Made by a program: the position numbers and the translations under genes. A model generated the notes under the pieces. That model had not been told where the DNA came from and searched no databases. It worked only from the letters and a program-made list of their open reading frames with translations. Below, one piece after another: positions 1-12,680 of a stretch of 64,000 bases of DNA; position 1 is the first letter of the stretch, and each line of letters opens with the position of its first letter. Source of the DNA: the human T2T-CHM13v2.0 reference genome, Homo sapiens; NCBI RefSeq assembly GCF_009914755.1, contig NC_060928.1. One strand, given 5' to 3'.

Positions 1-18
1 TAAGTGAGAGTGATTTAG

Positions 19-378
<360 letters not shown>

Positions 379-789
379 GAGAATGGACATTTAGAGTTTA
401 CAAAGCAGCTTTACAACCAGTGTCCTATTTGATTACAACAGCCTGAGTCACTAAGTACATTTTATAGATGGTAGAGTATTGAGTTTCAAGAGGTTCAAGT
501 GACTTGCCTGATGTCACACAGGCAGTAAGGACAGGGCTAAGTGTGAAATTCAGGCCAACTGTTTGCAAAAACAATAACAATTTTCCCTATAACAGCCACT
601 GCTCGTTAGGATAAGGTGGACTAGGTCTGACTAATTAAGCTGATAACCAGCGCTCTTGCTAAACAACTAAGCCTACAAGGTTATTGGTACCTTCCCACTG
701 GAATCTTATATTCATGGTTCAAGAACTCTGAATTTGTCTTTCTCTCGAGAATCCATTTAATTCACTTCAATTTATATTCATGGAGTATT

Positions 790-951
790 TTACTAAATAC
801 TAATATTTTACTAAATAAAAAGTATATGCTTTTATTAAATCATGGCTTCTTAATATGTATCTATTACTATTACTATTACTAAATACTAAATATTTTACTA
901 AATAAAAAGTATATGCTTTTATTAAATCATGGCTTCTTAATATGTATCTAT
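790..951. repeat. Tandem duplication of a ~75-bp AT-rich unit
   Basis: 790-864 and 876-951 are identical except for one A indel, separated by tactattacta. Confidence 0.9.
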
Positions 952-1380
952 ATTTCTATACCTACGTCTATATCTCTGTATCTGTGCCATTTATGTAAAA
1001 AGCCCATTTTATTGAAATAACCAATACATACACATGCACACTGACCAATCAAACTTACCTTGATAAAATAGCTCTAAGGTTCTCTTTCTGGCTTGATAAA
1101 TAATTTGCCTTGTGTTTGTAAAGTATTTCATTTAAGGCCACAAATGAGTTTATAACACAGAAAATTGAAGGCCAGTCTTGCTGTCCCACTTTTTCTCCAC
1201 AAAATACATGGCAGTTTCCCTTTTAGCAAAACTTGACTTCCAATATTTGCAAACTCAGTAACTAAATAAAGCTTTGGGTTTAGGAAAACAGTTACATTAT
1301 ACTATATGAGAATATGTTTTTGCAATCTTAAGATAAATTATTGCAATGATAGTTTAACACTGATTATCTCTATTTTTCAG

Positions 1381-1480
1381 AAGCAGATTTTGCAAAGAGT
1401 GGTATGTAAAAAGCAATTATCATGTAAAAAAATCATTATGATTTACATGAGAAGTTAGGAGGTAGTAACTTCCATGACAG
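1381..1480 (+). pseudogene. ARG-like pseudo-exon 10
   Basis: Acceptor tatttttcag. Reads KQILQRVVCK(+A)SNYHVK(+A)NHYDLHEKLGGSNFHD-R (cf. AFP ..AKRSCGLFQKLGEYYLQNA). 100 nt = 98 + two A insertions. Donor reads ggatg instead of gtatg. Confidence 0.8.
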
Positions 1481-2239
1481 GGATGCCTGTAAGATAGTGT
1501 TCACATTTGTGCTTGATGGTTTTAGTTCATTCCGGATGCTGAGAGTTGCTAAGAGTTTACATCCAAACTTAAAAATGTCAGAGACCAAGGAAAAAAGTCA
1601 GCTGAGAATTAACCTAGCTCTCTCTGATGAGATAGACAGCAACCTAACTTTGGGTGCCTTCACACTACTTTCCAGGCCAATTCCTCTGATACCAGACAAT
1701 GCCCAGAGGTCAGGGTGCAAAGCAGGCTCTGACTGCCCTCCTGCAATCCCATAGAGACCTCTCCCTCACACCTGAACATTTAGTTTGGGGCTTTGCCTAT
1801 GATTTTGAGTCAAGACTGACAGAGATCTAATCCAGGGTTCCTTTTCCAGTTTCAAGTCAGATCCACAGAGCAAATTTCGCATTTTCATCACCAAGAAGAG
1901 AGCTAAACAGATATATTAGTTATTTGCCTGTGGGAACATACACCCTTTCTTGTGGGCAGGGAGCCTGGGAAATCCCCTCGTATTTCAAAAATTCAATTGT
2001 CAAAAAACAAAAGCCAATTTTGAGTAATCTTTGAGATTTTACTATAATTCTGTGTCAAAGCAGAGTATTGAGGAAAAGTTTAGTTTGCTATATTAGCCTA
2101 AGATATTGAGCTTAAATTAAATATCCAGAATAATGGATCCAGAAAAGCTATTCTTATTTTAGAGAGTTTTTGGCGTATTACTTTTTTTTTTAAAGAAATG
2201 TTGTATTCAGTTGCTAATGCCCAGGATAAAAATTAGATC

Positions 2240-2420
2240 TATGGTTCTCAAACTCCAGGGGGCCTCAAAATTTCCTGGAAAACTTACTAAAACGCACAGA
2301 CTCCCCCACCCCGAGTTTCAGATCCAGTAAGTCTGAGATGAGGCCTGAGAATCTGCACTTCTAACAAATTACCAGTGATGCCGATACTCTGGTTCAGGGT
2401 TCACACTTTGAGAACCACTT
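2240..2420. mobile_element. MER5A-like hAT-Charlie MITE
   Basis: Terminal inverted repeats tggttctcaaa / tttgagaacca and typical internal motif (gcctgagaatctgcacttctaacaa). Confidence 0.75.
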
Positions 2421-2967
2421 GATTAGGTTGACTGTTTCATTGATTGTTATAGAAACTAAATTCTTCCCGCAACTCCATTTCTATTATAAATGTAGTAATT
2501 GGTTCTAATACTTTGTTGTCCTCAACATGTAATTGCGTAGAGTCTTTCTTATTAAAATCTCTCTCCATATCTTCTGACTTCCACCACTACTCTCGTAGTT
2601 TAGGCCATCATCATCTCTCACCTGAATGGTGGAAACAGCTTTTGAACTGCTTCTTCCCTCACTTTGCCTCCTGCCCATCTCCAATCCATTCATTATAAAG
2701 AAATAATAACTATTTTAAAGACAATGTAAATCTGATTTTGTAGCTAGGCTTTCTTTCTTCTCCCTGCCTCCTCCTCTCTTTTCAAACCACCTCCATTCAA
2801 GAAAATAAAACGACATTCAATAACTTTCCAAAGACTCCCCTCTCACCCTCACCCCACTTCGCCTGGCTCATTCAGAGTTATTGTCAGATCTTAGCTTAGA
2901 TATCATTTCCTTTGGGCAGCCTGCTTGACCTCCATGGGATGGAATTAGATGCCGTTCTTTGTGCACT

Positions 2968-3650
2968 GTTGGGGAAATGTAAGTAAACAAAATCTTCTCC
3001 CACCTCGGGAAACCTCTCCACAAAGGTAGTGGAGAAATAATCTAGTTTTTTAGAAAATTGAATAAGCATTAAACCAATATGCAATGTGCATCATAGGCCA
3101 TCCACTAAGAGATTCCAAAGACTAAAGGAAATCTTACCCTGTTATGCAGCCAAATGGACATAACCCATTACACACGTGTTTTTAATATAAACAATAACTC
3201 ATCCTCAAGTGAGAGAACTTGGCCGTACCATTTATCACACGTAATTAATCTTAACTTTATTCAGTGATTAGAGTGACTAACTGTGTTAGCTAAGTGGCTT
3301 TATCAGGGAGTGGGGGAAACTAACCCCAAACAAAAACCAAACAAAAACTTCTTATATTTTTATGGGAGAAGGTAGTCTTGCAACTTGAAGCAAACCTTCC
3401 CACAGAAACTTGGAGATAGGGGTGCTATTTTTCTTGTTTGTATTTCAAAAAGATGTCTCTCAGGTCCTTGAGAAAGACATTTCTGGCGCATAACGCTGAC
3501 AAAAAATATATCTGGTTTTCAATAGGATTTGTGTACATTTCAAAGAGAGGAGACAGTACTAATAATTTTAAGTTTTCTAAAGTAAATACACTAAGAAAAA
3601 AGGAGGGAAGGGTAAGGCCTTTTTCTATTTTTAATAGAATTAAGCTTCCT
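2968..3650 (-). mobile_element. ERV-class solo LTR (MER90-like, subfamily uncertain) nested in an L2 remnant
   Basis: Resembles recalled LTR consensus (aaacaaaatcttctccca...cctctccacaaaggtag). L2-like sequence on both sides. Boundaries approximate. Confidence 0.45.
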
Positions 3651-4147
3651 ATTTTTAATTTCTTATGTGTCCTTGCAGCACCCACAGCACTTGGTACTCC
3701 TCTTAATACATCCAATGTACTGTCTATCTCCCCCACTAGGGTGTGAGCCCTCTGAGAATAGGACTGTTTCCTGATGGTTGCTGTAGCCCTATTCCTACAC
3801 ATGCTAGAAAATCAATAAAAGCTTTAATGACCTATGCATATATTTATTTTAGAAGCTGTTTACTACAAGTCTGATTTTGCAGCTATCCAAATAAGCTTTC
3901 ATAGTACCTTAATGAGTAGAAAAAAGATGGGTCAGGGTAGAGCAATGCCTGAGGTGAAAAGACATTTCCAGGTGTACTGAAAGAGCCATTGAGCCATTTG
4001 AATAAGGGCTGAAAGGATATAATTAAACTCAGTTTAATGCTGTGTTCATCCTAAATCAGAGATCATGTCAGGTACTCAGGAAAGCTTGGTAGAATTCATG
4101 TTTGGTCAAACAGTCATTGCCAGGAGTAAGAGGAAATATTCTTTTAG

Positions 4148-4460
<313 letters not shown>

Positions 4461-6730
4461 GTAACCACATCCGTGACTTTGCCTGTTCTGAAAGTTCTAA
4501 TCTCCAACATGCATGTGGATCATTAATGTAGTTGTTGAAATTACAGAGAATAATGAATGACATGATAATCATGGAAAGTGAGGCAATTAACTGGGTCTGA
4601 AGTCTTCAAAAATGAGGAGAATGACTAGGTTTTCTCTGTGTGGGATAAAATAAATAGGGATCTGGAATTTGTCAGATTTAATGGCATGTACTTCAAAAAA
4701 GCTACAGCTTTTAGAAGAGAATGGAGAGATACATTGGAAGCAGTAAAAAGGAACCAGATGCTAAAGTAAGTGGTTTTCAAGCAAAAATAGCCTCCTCCTG
4801 ACAGGTTGTGGGGGGAAGCTTTGTTCTCACGAGAGCCTCTCATGTTTTGTATAGAGCCAGAAAGAGAAGTTCAGAGAAGAGGCTGTGGATATAGGGAAGT
4901 TTTCTAAAAGCCACAGATTATGAAGGAGTCAGAGGAAGAGTTAAATAGGGCAGGGAGAGCAGTCGATGGGTCAGGTTATAGATGTGGAAAACATCAGTGT
5001 GATGGAGCATGATTTGGGAGCCTTCAATTTCTGACTGGGACTGAGGTGAATGGGGCATGAAGGGCTTGGCCTTGGCAGTTGCACACGTGGCATGCACAAC
5101 CTCAGGGTAGCTGGTCTTGCCTTGGCTACTGATAACATAATGTGATTGAGATCTTACAAATGACTGGCAGTTCCTTTGATTCTTTCTATCCTACCCATCG
5201 AGGTGAACTGAGTCACCTATCAGGGTCTTGAAAAAGAGTCAGGCACATTTTTTTTTTCTATAGACATAGAAATATCTTTCTTAGTGCCATCAATCATCCA
5301 TCTCTCCACTCCCACCTCTCCCACGACTGAGCCAAGACCCAAGACAGTCCCTTGGCCATGCATTCTCTGTTGGAATGGTTTCCATTGGTGATGAAAGTGA
5401 TGCTAGGGGCCTTTGTTGGAATCTACCAAAAATGACTATTCTAGGAAAAGTCAGATAGTAAAATTCTAGTTTCCCAGAACTAGCAGAATGTGCCCCCCTG
5501 ACAGTGGGGCAGTTCCCTTCCAGTGTCCAGCCACCCTTCCTGGCCTCTTTGCACACCTCTGCTCCTGTTTTCAGGAGAACACAGGCCCTGGTTCATATTA
5601 TTTCTCCTCCTCCAAGATTATAAGAAGTGGCAGCTTATTTCCACAAATTTATTTACTCTAAGTTTCACTCTGTCAAAGCAGGGTCTAAATATTATTAGTC
5701 CAATAATACCATCTTGCTGAGTGAGACAAAGTTTCTGTTGCTTTGGGAATCAACACATTCTCATGTGCTGAGTGCCTTCAGTGTGCTGGGCACTGTGCTT
5801 AGCCTTTTAATGCGTTATTTACGGTCCTCACAAAAACCTTGCATGATAAGTGCTCAAGTTTTCTTCTTATAGATGAAAATCAGAGAGGTTAAGTGTCTCA
5901 ACTACCATTACAGACGAGTAAGTGGAGGACCTAACTAAAACCAAAGTCCATTTGACTTCAAAGTTTGTGCCCTTTTTGTGATATTAGAAGAAAAGAGAAG
6001 TCCAGATTTTGCATGAACTAGCAGTAAACTTTGTCCCCTTCCTTGCAGGGCTGAATCCCCTATGCCAGGCCTTGGAAGCCCCAAGTAGGCTTTGTAAATG
6101 GAGCAATCTCATTGCATAGGCCTGAAGGGTCTGTGATTTTATTTTCTCCAGGCTACCCATGGAGTGATTGCTTTCTGTAATGTGGGACTTAAGCTTTTAT
6201 GGGTTTGCCAGTGAATTTCAGTCTCACGAACAATATTGTTCCTGTAAAAAAATATATTTTGAGACAAAATCCACCAATTCCAATGGGAAGTAGTCTATAT
6301 TTATCACTTTAAAGAATTAATTTGTTAAAAATGATTATTATTCAAAAGTAGTACAATCTGATTTGACAATATATCCTAGTCATACAGACTTGAATAATAT
6401 AGAGACACAAACACGGTTTTTTTTTTCAAGTTAGGCCTAATTTAGAATGAAGACTGAATATGTACAGAATAGTTGTATAGAAAAATATTACTTATCCTAA
6501 TTTTTATTAAAATATTAATTTATTTTACTATTAAGTAATGCATAATTATTGCAGGAAATCTAGAAAATACAGAAGAGTAGAAAGAAAAAATAACAATCAT
6601 TTAATTGCAACATGCAGAGAAATCCATTATAAACATATATATGTATAGTATAGAAATATATATATAGAAATATAGTATGGAAATATATACTATATATTCT
6701 ATATAGTATAGAAATATATAGAAATATACA

Positions 6731-7279
6731 TAGTATATATAGTATATATATACACTACATATACGTAGTATATATAGTATATATATACACTACATATACG
6801 TAGTATATATAGTATATATATACACTACATATACGTAGTATATATAGTATATATATACACTACATATACGTAGTATATATAGTATATATATACACTACAT
6901 ATACGTAGTATATATAGTATATATATACACTACATATACGTAGTATATATAGTATATATATACACTACATATACGTAGTATATATAGTATATATATACAC
7001 TACATATACGTAGTATATATAGTATATATATACACTACATATACGTAGTATATATAGTATATATATACACTACATATACGTAGTATATATAGTATATATA
7101 TACACTACATATACGTAGTATATATAGTATATATATACACTACATATACGTAGTATATATAGTATATATATACACTACATATACGTAGTATATATAGTAT
7201 ATATATACACTACATATACGTAGTATATATAGTATATATATACACTACATATACGTAGTATATATAGTATATATATACA
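6731..7279. repeat. 35-bp AT-rich minisatellite, 15 perfect copies plus a partial copy
   Basis: Unit tagtatatatagtatatatatacactacatatacg repeats exactly every 35 nt from 6731 to 7255. It sits in TA-rich low-complexity sequence (~6635-7447) ending in (TA)n. Confidence 0.95.
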
Positions 7280-7397
7280 TAGTATATATAGTATATATAA
7301 CATAGTATATATAGTATATATAACAGTATATATAGTATATATAACATAGTATATATAGTATATATAGAAATATATACGCTATATATAGTATAGAAAT

Positions 7398-7449
<52 letters not shown>

Positions 7450-7450
<1 letters not shown>

Positions 7451-7787
7451 GTCGGGAGCGCCTGGCTCATGATGTTGGCTGGAAGTACCAGGCAATGACA
7501 GCTACCCTGGAGGAAAAGAGAAAGGAGAAGACCAAGTTCCACTACCATAAGAAACAGCTCATGAGGCTATGGAAACAGGCCAAAAAGAATGTAGAGAAGA
7601 AAACTGACAAATACACAGAGGTCCTCAAGACCCATGGACTCCTGGTTTAAGCCCACTGAAGACTGTTTATTCCTCATGCTTGGCCTGGCTTCCCCTTCTT
7701 CCATCATTGCCCTGGAATGCGGGGGACCCAGGGGCAGCAGTCCTGGTGCCACAGGCAGCCTGAGACTTAGGAACTTGGGAGCAAGGA
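7450..7787 (+). pseudogene. RPL13A processed pseudogene fragment (C-terminal CDS and 3'UTR), left part
   Basis: Intronless [24 protein letters not shown]...[13 protein letters not shown] (stop 7648-7650), matching the RPL13A C-terminus, followed by RPL13A 3'UTR-like sequence. Confidence 0.92.
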
Positions 7788-10700
7788 GGGGAGGCTGGCA
7801 GGATGGCTGAATAGGAAGAGCTATGGTCTGCAGCTCCCATGAGATCGATGCAGAAGGAGGGTGATTTCTGCATTTCCAACTGAGGTACCTGGTTCATCTC
7901 ACTGGGGCTGGTTGGACAGTGGGTGCAGCCCACGAAGGGCGAGCTGAAGCAGAGTGGGGCATCGCCTCACCCAGGAAGCACAAGGGGTTGAGGAATTCTC
8001 TCCCTTAGCCAAGGGAAGCTGTGAGAGACTGTACTGGGAGGAACAGTGCACTCCGGCCCAGATACTGCACTTTTCCCATGGTCTTCACAACCTGCAGACC
8101 AGGAGATTCCCTCCTGTGCCCACCCCACCAGGGCCCTGGGTTTTAAGCACAAAACTGGGTGGCATTTGGGCAGACACTGAACTGGCTGCAGGAGTTTTTT
8201 TTTTCATACCCCAGTGGCATCTGGAGCGCCAGTGAGACAGAACCATTCACTCCCCTGGAAAGGGCCTGAAGCCAGGAAGCCAAGTGGTCTGGCTTGGGGG
8301 GTCCCACCCTCAAGGAGACCAGTAAGCTAAGATCCACTGGCTTGAAATTCTTGCTACCAGCACAGCAGTCTGAACTGGACCTGGGATGCTGGAACTTGGT
8401 GGGGGGAGGGGCACCCGCCATTGCTGAGGCTTGAGTAGGCAGTTTTCCCCTCACAGTGTAAACAAAGACACTAGAAAGTTTGAACTGGGCGGAGCCCACC
8501 ACAGCTCAGCAAGGCTGCTGTGCCTCCTCTCTGCACAGGGCATCTCTGAAAAAAAAGGCAGCAGCCCCAGTCAGGGACTTATAGATAAAACCCCCATCTG
8601 CCTAAGACAGAGCACCTGGGAGAAGGGGGTGGCTGTGGGCACAGCTTCAGTAGACTTAAATGTCCCTGCCTGACAGCTCTGAAGAGAGAGCAATGGTTCT
8701 CCTAGCACAGCGTTCGAGCTCTGATAAGGGACAGACTGCCTCCTCAAGTGGGTCCCTGACCCCTGTTTATCCTGACTGGCAGACACCTCCCAGCAGGGGC
8801 CCACAGACATATACAGGAGAGCTCCGGCTGGCATCTGGTGGGTGCCCCCCGAGATGAAGCTTCCAGAGGAAAGATCAGGCAGCAATCTTTGCTGTTCTGC
8901 AGCCTCCACTGGTGATACCCAGGCAAACAGGGTCTGGAGTGGACCTCCATCAAACTCCAGCAGATCTGCAGAAGAGGGGCCTGACTGTTAGAAAGAAAAC
9001 TAATAAACAGAAAGGAATAGGAATAGTATCAGCATCAACAAAAAGGACATCCACTCAGAGACCTCACCTGAACGTCACCAACATCAAAGACCAAAGGTAG
9101 ATAAATCCATGATGATGGGGAGAAACCAGCTCAAAAAGGCTGAAAATTTCAAAAACGAGAACACCTCCTCTCTTCCAAAGGATCACAACTCCTCACCAGC
9201 AAGGGCACCAAACTGGACAGAGAATGAGTTTGACGAACTGACCAAAGTAGGCTTCAGAAGGTGGGTAATAACAAACTCCCCTGAGCTAAAGGAGCATGTC
9301 CTAACCCAATGCAAGGAATAACCTTGAAAAAAGATAAGACAAATTCAAATTGCTCACTAGAATAACCAGTTTAGAGGAGAAGATAAATAACCTGAAGGAG
9401 CTGAAAAACACAGCATGAGAACTTCGTGAAGCATACACAAGTATCAATAGCCGAATCGATGAAGTGGAAGAAAGGATATCAGAGATTGAAGATCAACTCA
9501 ATGAAATAAAGCAAGAAGACAAGATTAGAGATAAAAGAGTGAAAAGAAGAAAACAAAGCCTCCAAGAAATATGGGACTATGTGAAAAGACCAAATCTACA
9601 TCTGATTGGTGTACCTGAAAGTGACGGGAAGAATGGAACCAAGTTGGAAAACACTCTGCAGGATATTATCCAGGAGAACTTCCCCAACATAGCAAGGAAG
9701 GCCAACATCCAAATTCAGGAAATACAGAAACACCATGAAGATACTCCTCAAGAAGAGCAACCCCAAGACACATAATTGCCAGATTCACCAAGGCTGAAAT
9801 GAAGGGAAAAATGTAAAGGGAAGCCAGAAAGAAAGGTCGGGTTACCCACAAAGGGAAGCCCATCAGACTAACAGCAGATCTCTTGGCAGAAACCCTACAA
9901 GCCAGAAGAGAGTGGGGGCCAATATTCAACATTCTTATAGAAGGAATTTTCAACCCCAAATTTCATATCCAGCCAAACTAAGCTTCATAAGTAAAGGAGA
10001 AATAAAATCCTTTACACAAGAGCAAATGCTGAGAGATTTTGTCACCACCAGGCCTGCCCTAAAAGAGCTCCTGAAGGAAGCACTAAACATGGAATGGAAT
10101 AACTGGTACCAGCCACTGCAAAAACATACCAAATTGTAAAGACCGTCGACGCTGTGAAGAAACTGCATCAAATAACAGGCAAAATAACCAGCTAGCATCG
10201 TAATGACAGGATCACATTCACATATAACAATATTAACCTTAAATGTAAACAGGCTAAATGACCCAATTAAAAGACACAGACTGGCAAATTGGACAAAGAG
10301 TCAAGACCCATCCGTGTGCTGTATTTAGGAGGCCCATTTCACATGCAGAGACACACATAGGCTCAAAATAAAGGGATGGAGGAATATTTACCAAGCAAAT
10401 GGAAAGCAAAAAAAGACATAGGTTTCAATCCTAGTCTCTGATAAAATAGACTTTAAGCCAAAAAAGATCAAAAGAGACAAAGAAGGCCATTACATAATGG
10501 TAAAGGGATCAATGCAACAAGAAGAGCTAACTATCCTAAATATATATGCACCCAATACAGGAGCACCCAGATTCATGAAGCAAGTCCTTGGAGACCTACA
10601 AAGAGACTTAAACTCCCCCACAATAATAGTGGGAGACTTTAAAACCCCACTGTCAATATTAGATCAACGAGACAGAAAATTAACAAAGATATCCAGGACT

Positions 10701-11151
10701 TGAACTCAGCTCTGCACCAAGCTGACCTAATAGACATATTTAAGAACTCTCCACCCCAAATCAACAGAATATACATTCTTTACAGCACCACGTTGCACTT
10801 ATTCTAAAGCTGACCACATAATTGGAAGTAAAACACTCCTCTGCAAATGCAAAAGAACAGAAATCATAACAAAGTCTCTCAGACCACAGTGCAATCAAAT
10901 TAGAACTCAGGATTAAGAAACTCACTCGAAAGTGCACAAGTACACAGAAACTGCACAACCTGCTCCTGAATGACTACTGGGTAAATAATGAAATGAAGGC
11001 AGAAATAAAGATGTTCTTTGAAACCAATGAGAGCAAAGACACAACGTACCAGAATCTCTGGGACCCATTTAAAGCAGTGTGTAGAAGGAAATTTATAGCA
11101 CTAAAATGCCTACAAGAGAAAGCCAGAAAGATCTAAAATCGACACCCTAAC
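7788..11151 (+). mobile_element. L1PA6-8-class LINE-1, 5'-intact and 3'-truncated (5'UTR, broken ORF1, endonuclease part of ORF2), no poly(A)
   Basis: Begins ggggaggctggcaggatggctgaatagg. ORF1 fragments at 9109-10139 and ORF2 EN fragment at 10497-10703. Ends at gacaccctaac. Flanked by a 19-bp direct repeat at 7769-7787 / 11152-11170. Confidence 0.92.
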
Positions 11152-11214
11152 AGGAAGTTGGGAACAAGGAAAGGGTCTTAGTCACTGCCTTTCTATAAGG
11201 TTACTTTAAAGCAC
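11152..11214 (+). pseudogene. RPL13A retrocopy 3'UTR, right part after the L1
   Basis: aggaagttgggaacaaggaaagggtcttagtcactgcc... continues the RPL13A 3'UTR exactly where it was interrupted, then runs into (CA)n. Confidence 0.8.
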
Positions 11215-12549
11215 ACACACGCACACACACAGGCACACACACACACAGTGCACATATGTGTGCACACTTTCACAATTGCCTTCTGACTATCAATCTTTGG
11301 ATCTAAATGGTGAATAATTCAGGTGTTGCAGGCTGTTGCTACTCACTGCTTATACAGAATTTCAGTTCCAGTGATTATCCCTAGAATCCTCTGAGAGGAG
11401 CTTATGAAACTCCTCGCCCCTTTCCACCTCTCAGGAATTCTCCATGGTAGCTCTCCTGGGCACTACTCCTGCGCCATGGGGAATAGTTATGCTCTCCAGG
11501 TACAGTTTCCTCTTGCTCAGTTGCAAACTGGATTCCTTGAAATGGCAAAGCTTCTTTATGTTTTATTCTGAAGGGAAGATAATACCTCTCCCTTACCCTG
11601 AGGATTGTATATGTTTAGTGGGTGCCATAGAAAGGCTATTTGTGTCTTAACAGTTTGCAAGATTCTAGTGAAAGTACTTTTTTGGTAGTTTTCATACCCT
11701 AATCCTTGCATGACTTAGAAATGAGTCTAGTGGAGGCCCAGCTGGGAACCACAGGATTACTCCTGTCTTCCCCTAACCAAGAAAGCCTTTCCTGCTGAGT
11801 AGAAGTCTTTGAGCCTGGCCTCTTATGTCAGGATCAATTCTCACAAGTAGTTCCCGACCTTCATGCATTCTGAAAAGAAAGGGCACCCCACCTGTTGTTA
11901 TATGTGTCCAGATTAAATTATTCCCAAGGAGTGTGAAACCACTGTTACAAATGCAAGCTGGAGATAATATGGAACTTTTTAAAGAAGGCAATAGAAAGCA
12001 TAACATAACATATAAAATTATTAGCACATTGCATGAATTATGGTAAATGTTAATATACTCAAAAGATATTGGCTACTGCCTTTATTTTAAATATAGCTTT
12101 TCAAACATATAATGTTTGCATTTTTGTCATTATTCTTCAAAACAGCATTTCTGGGGGGTTATTATTCTTCAAAATAATCTGGTGGGGTGACCTTCCTTCC
12201 CAAAATGTCTCTGTAATATTCCACTACATATGCAATGGGTACATATACAATGAAAAGAGTAGAAAACAAAAATGTTTATCCTAATAATAAGCACATAAAG
12301 AGAATTTAATGTAATAATTCTGTTTAGGAGGTTTGCTTGCAGAAAAAATATGTTTAATAAACTTGAAAACAGAGATGGATATTATGAAGTCTGAGGACAT
12401 CAGGGCCTTTTAGCGGCCTTTACCCATAAAAGTGAGAACAATGAAGAGGTCTGGCTGGTGCATGTCTCTAAACAAGGCAGGCAGTCTTGTAGGATGGCCT
12501 TCCAGAACTTAGGGAGTGCTTGTGTTTTTGCTCCTCATTTCTGATGTCG

Positions 12550-12680
12550 GCTTCTGAACAACCTTGTGAAGCAGGAACCATGTGCAACAGGGATGCAGTT
12601 CCAATCAATTTTTGTGGATTTGGTTCACCTGTTGGAGATGAGCTGCCAAGGAAAGAAAAGTGAAACTGTGTTTTCAAGAC
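12550..12680 (+). pseudogene. ARG-like pseudo-exon 13
   Basis: Reads LLNNLVKQEPCATGMQFQSIFVDLVHLLEMSCQGKKSET(+1)CFQD (cf. AFP [44 protein letters not shown]). Acceptor AG lost (gtcg), no donor GT. Confidence 0.88.

Noticed and set aside
715-1260. QEL*ICLSLENPF (~720-760) and SLAVPLFL (~1175-1200) as exon 9 remnants
   Set aside because: Short matches in the wrong order, without matching exon length or splice sites.
5565-5690. EHRPWF...Y...NLFTL as an exon 12 remnant
   Set aside because: No upstream CC motif and only scattered identities; compatible with chance.
6731-7279. CRISPR-like regular repeat array
   Set aside because: Head-to-tail identical units with no spacers in a primate genome; it is a minisatellite.
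7210-7548. 112-aa minus-strand ORF and the IYIY N-terminus of ORF 7405-7650
   Set aside because: Products of TA-repeat low complexity. The RPL13A part has no true start codon.
11305-11350. NSGVAGCCYS resembling AFP NPGVGQCCTS (exon 12)
   Set aside because: Similarity does not extend on either side and no acceptor lies at the expected distance.
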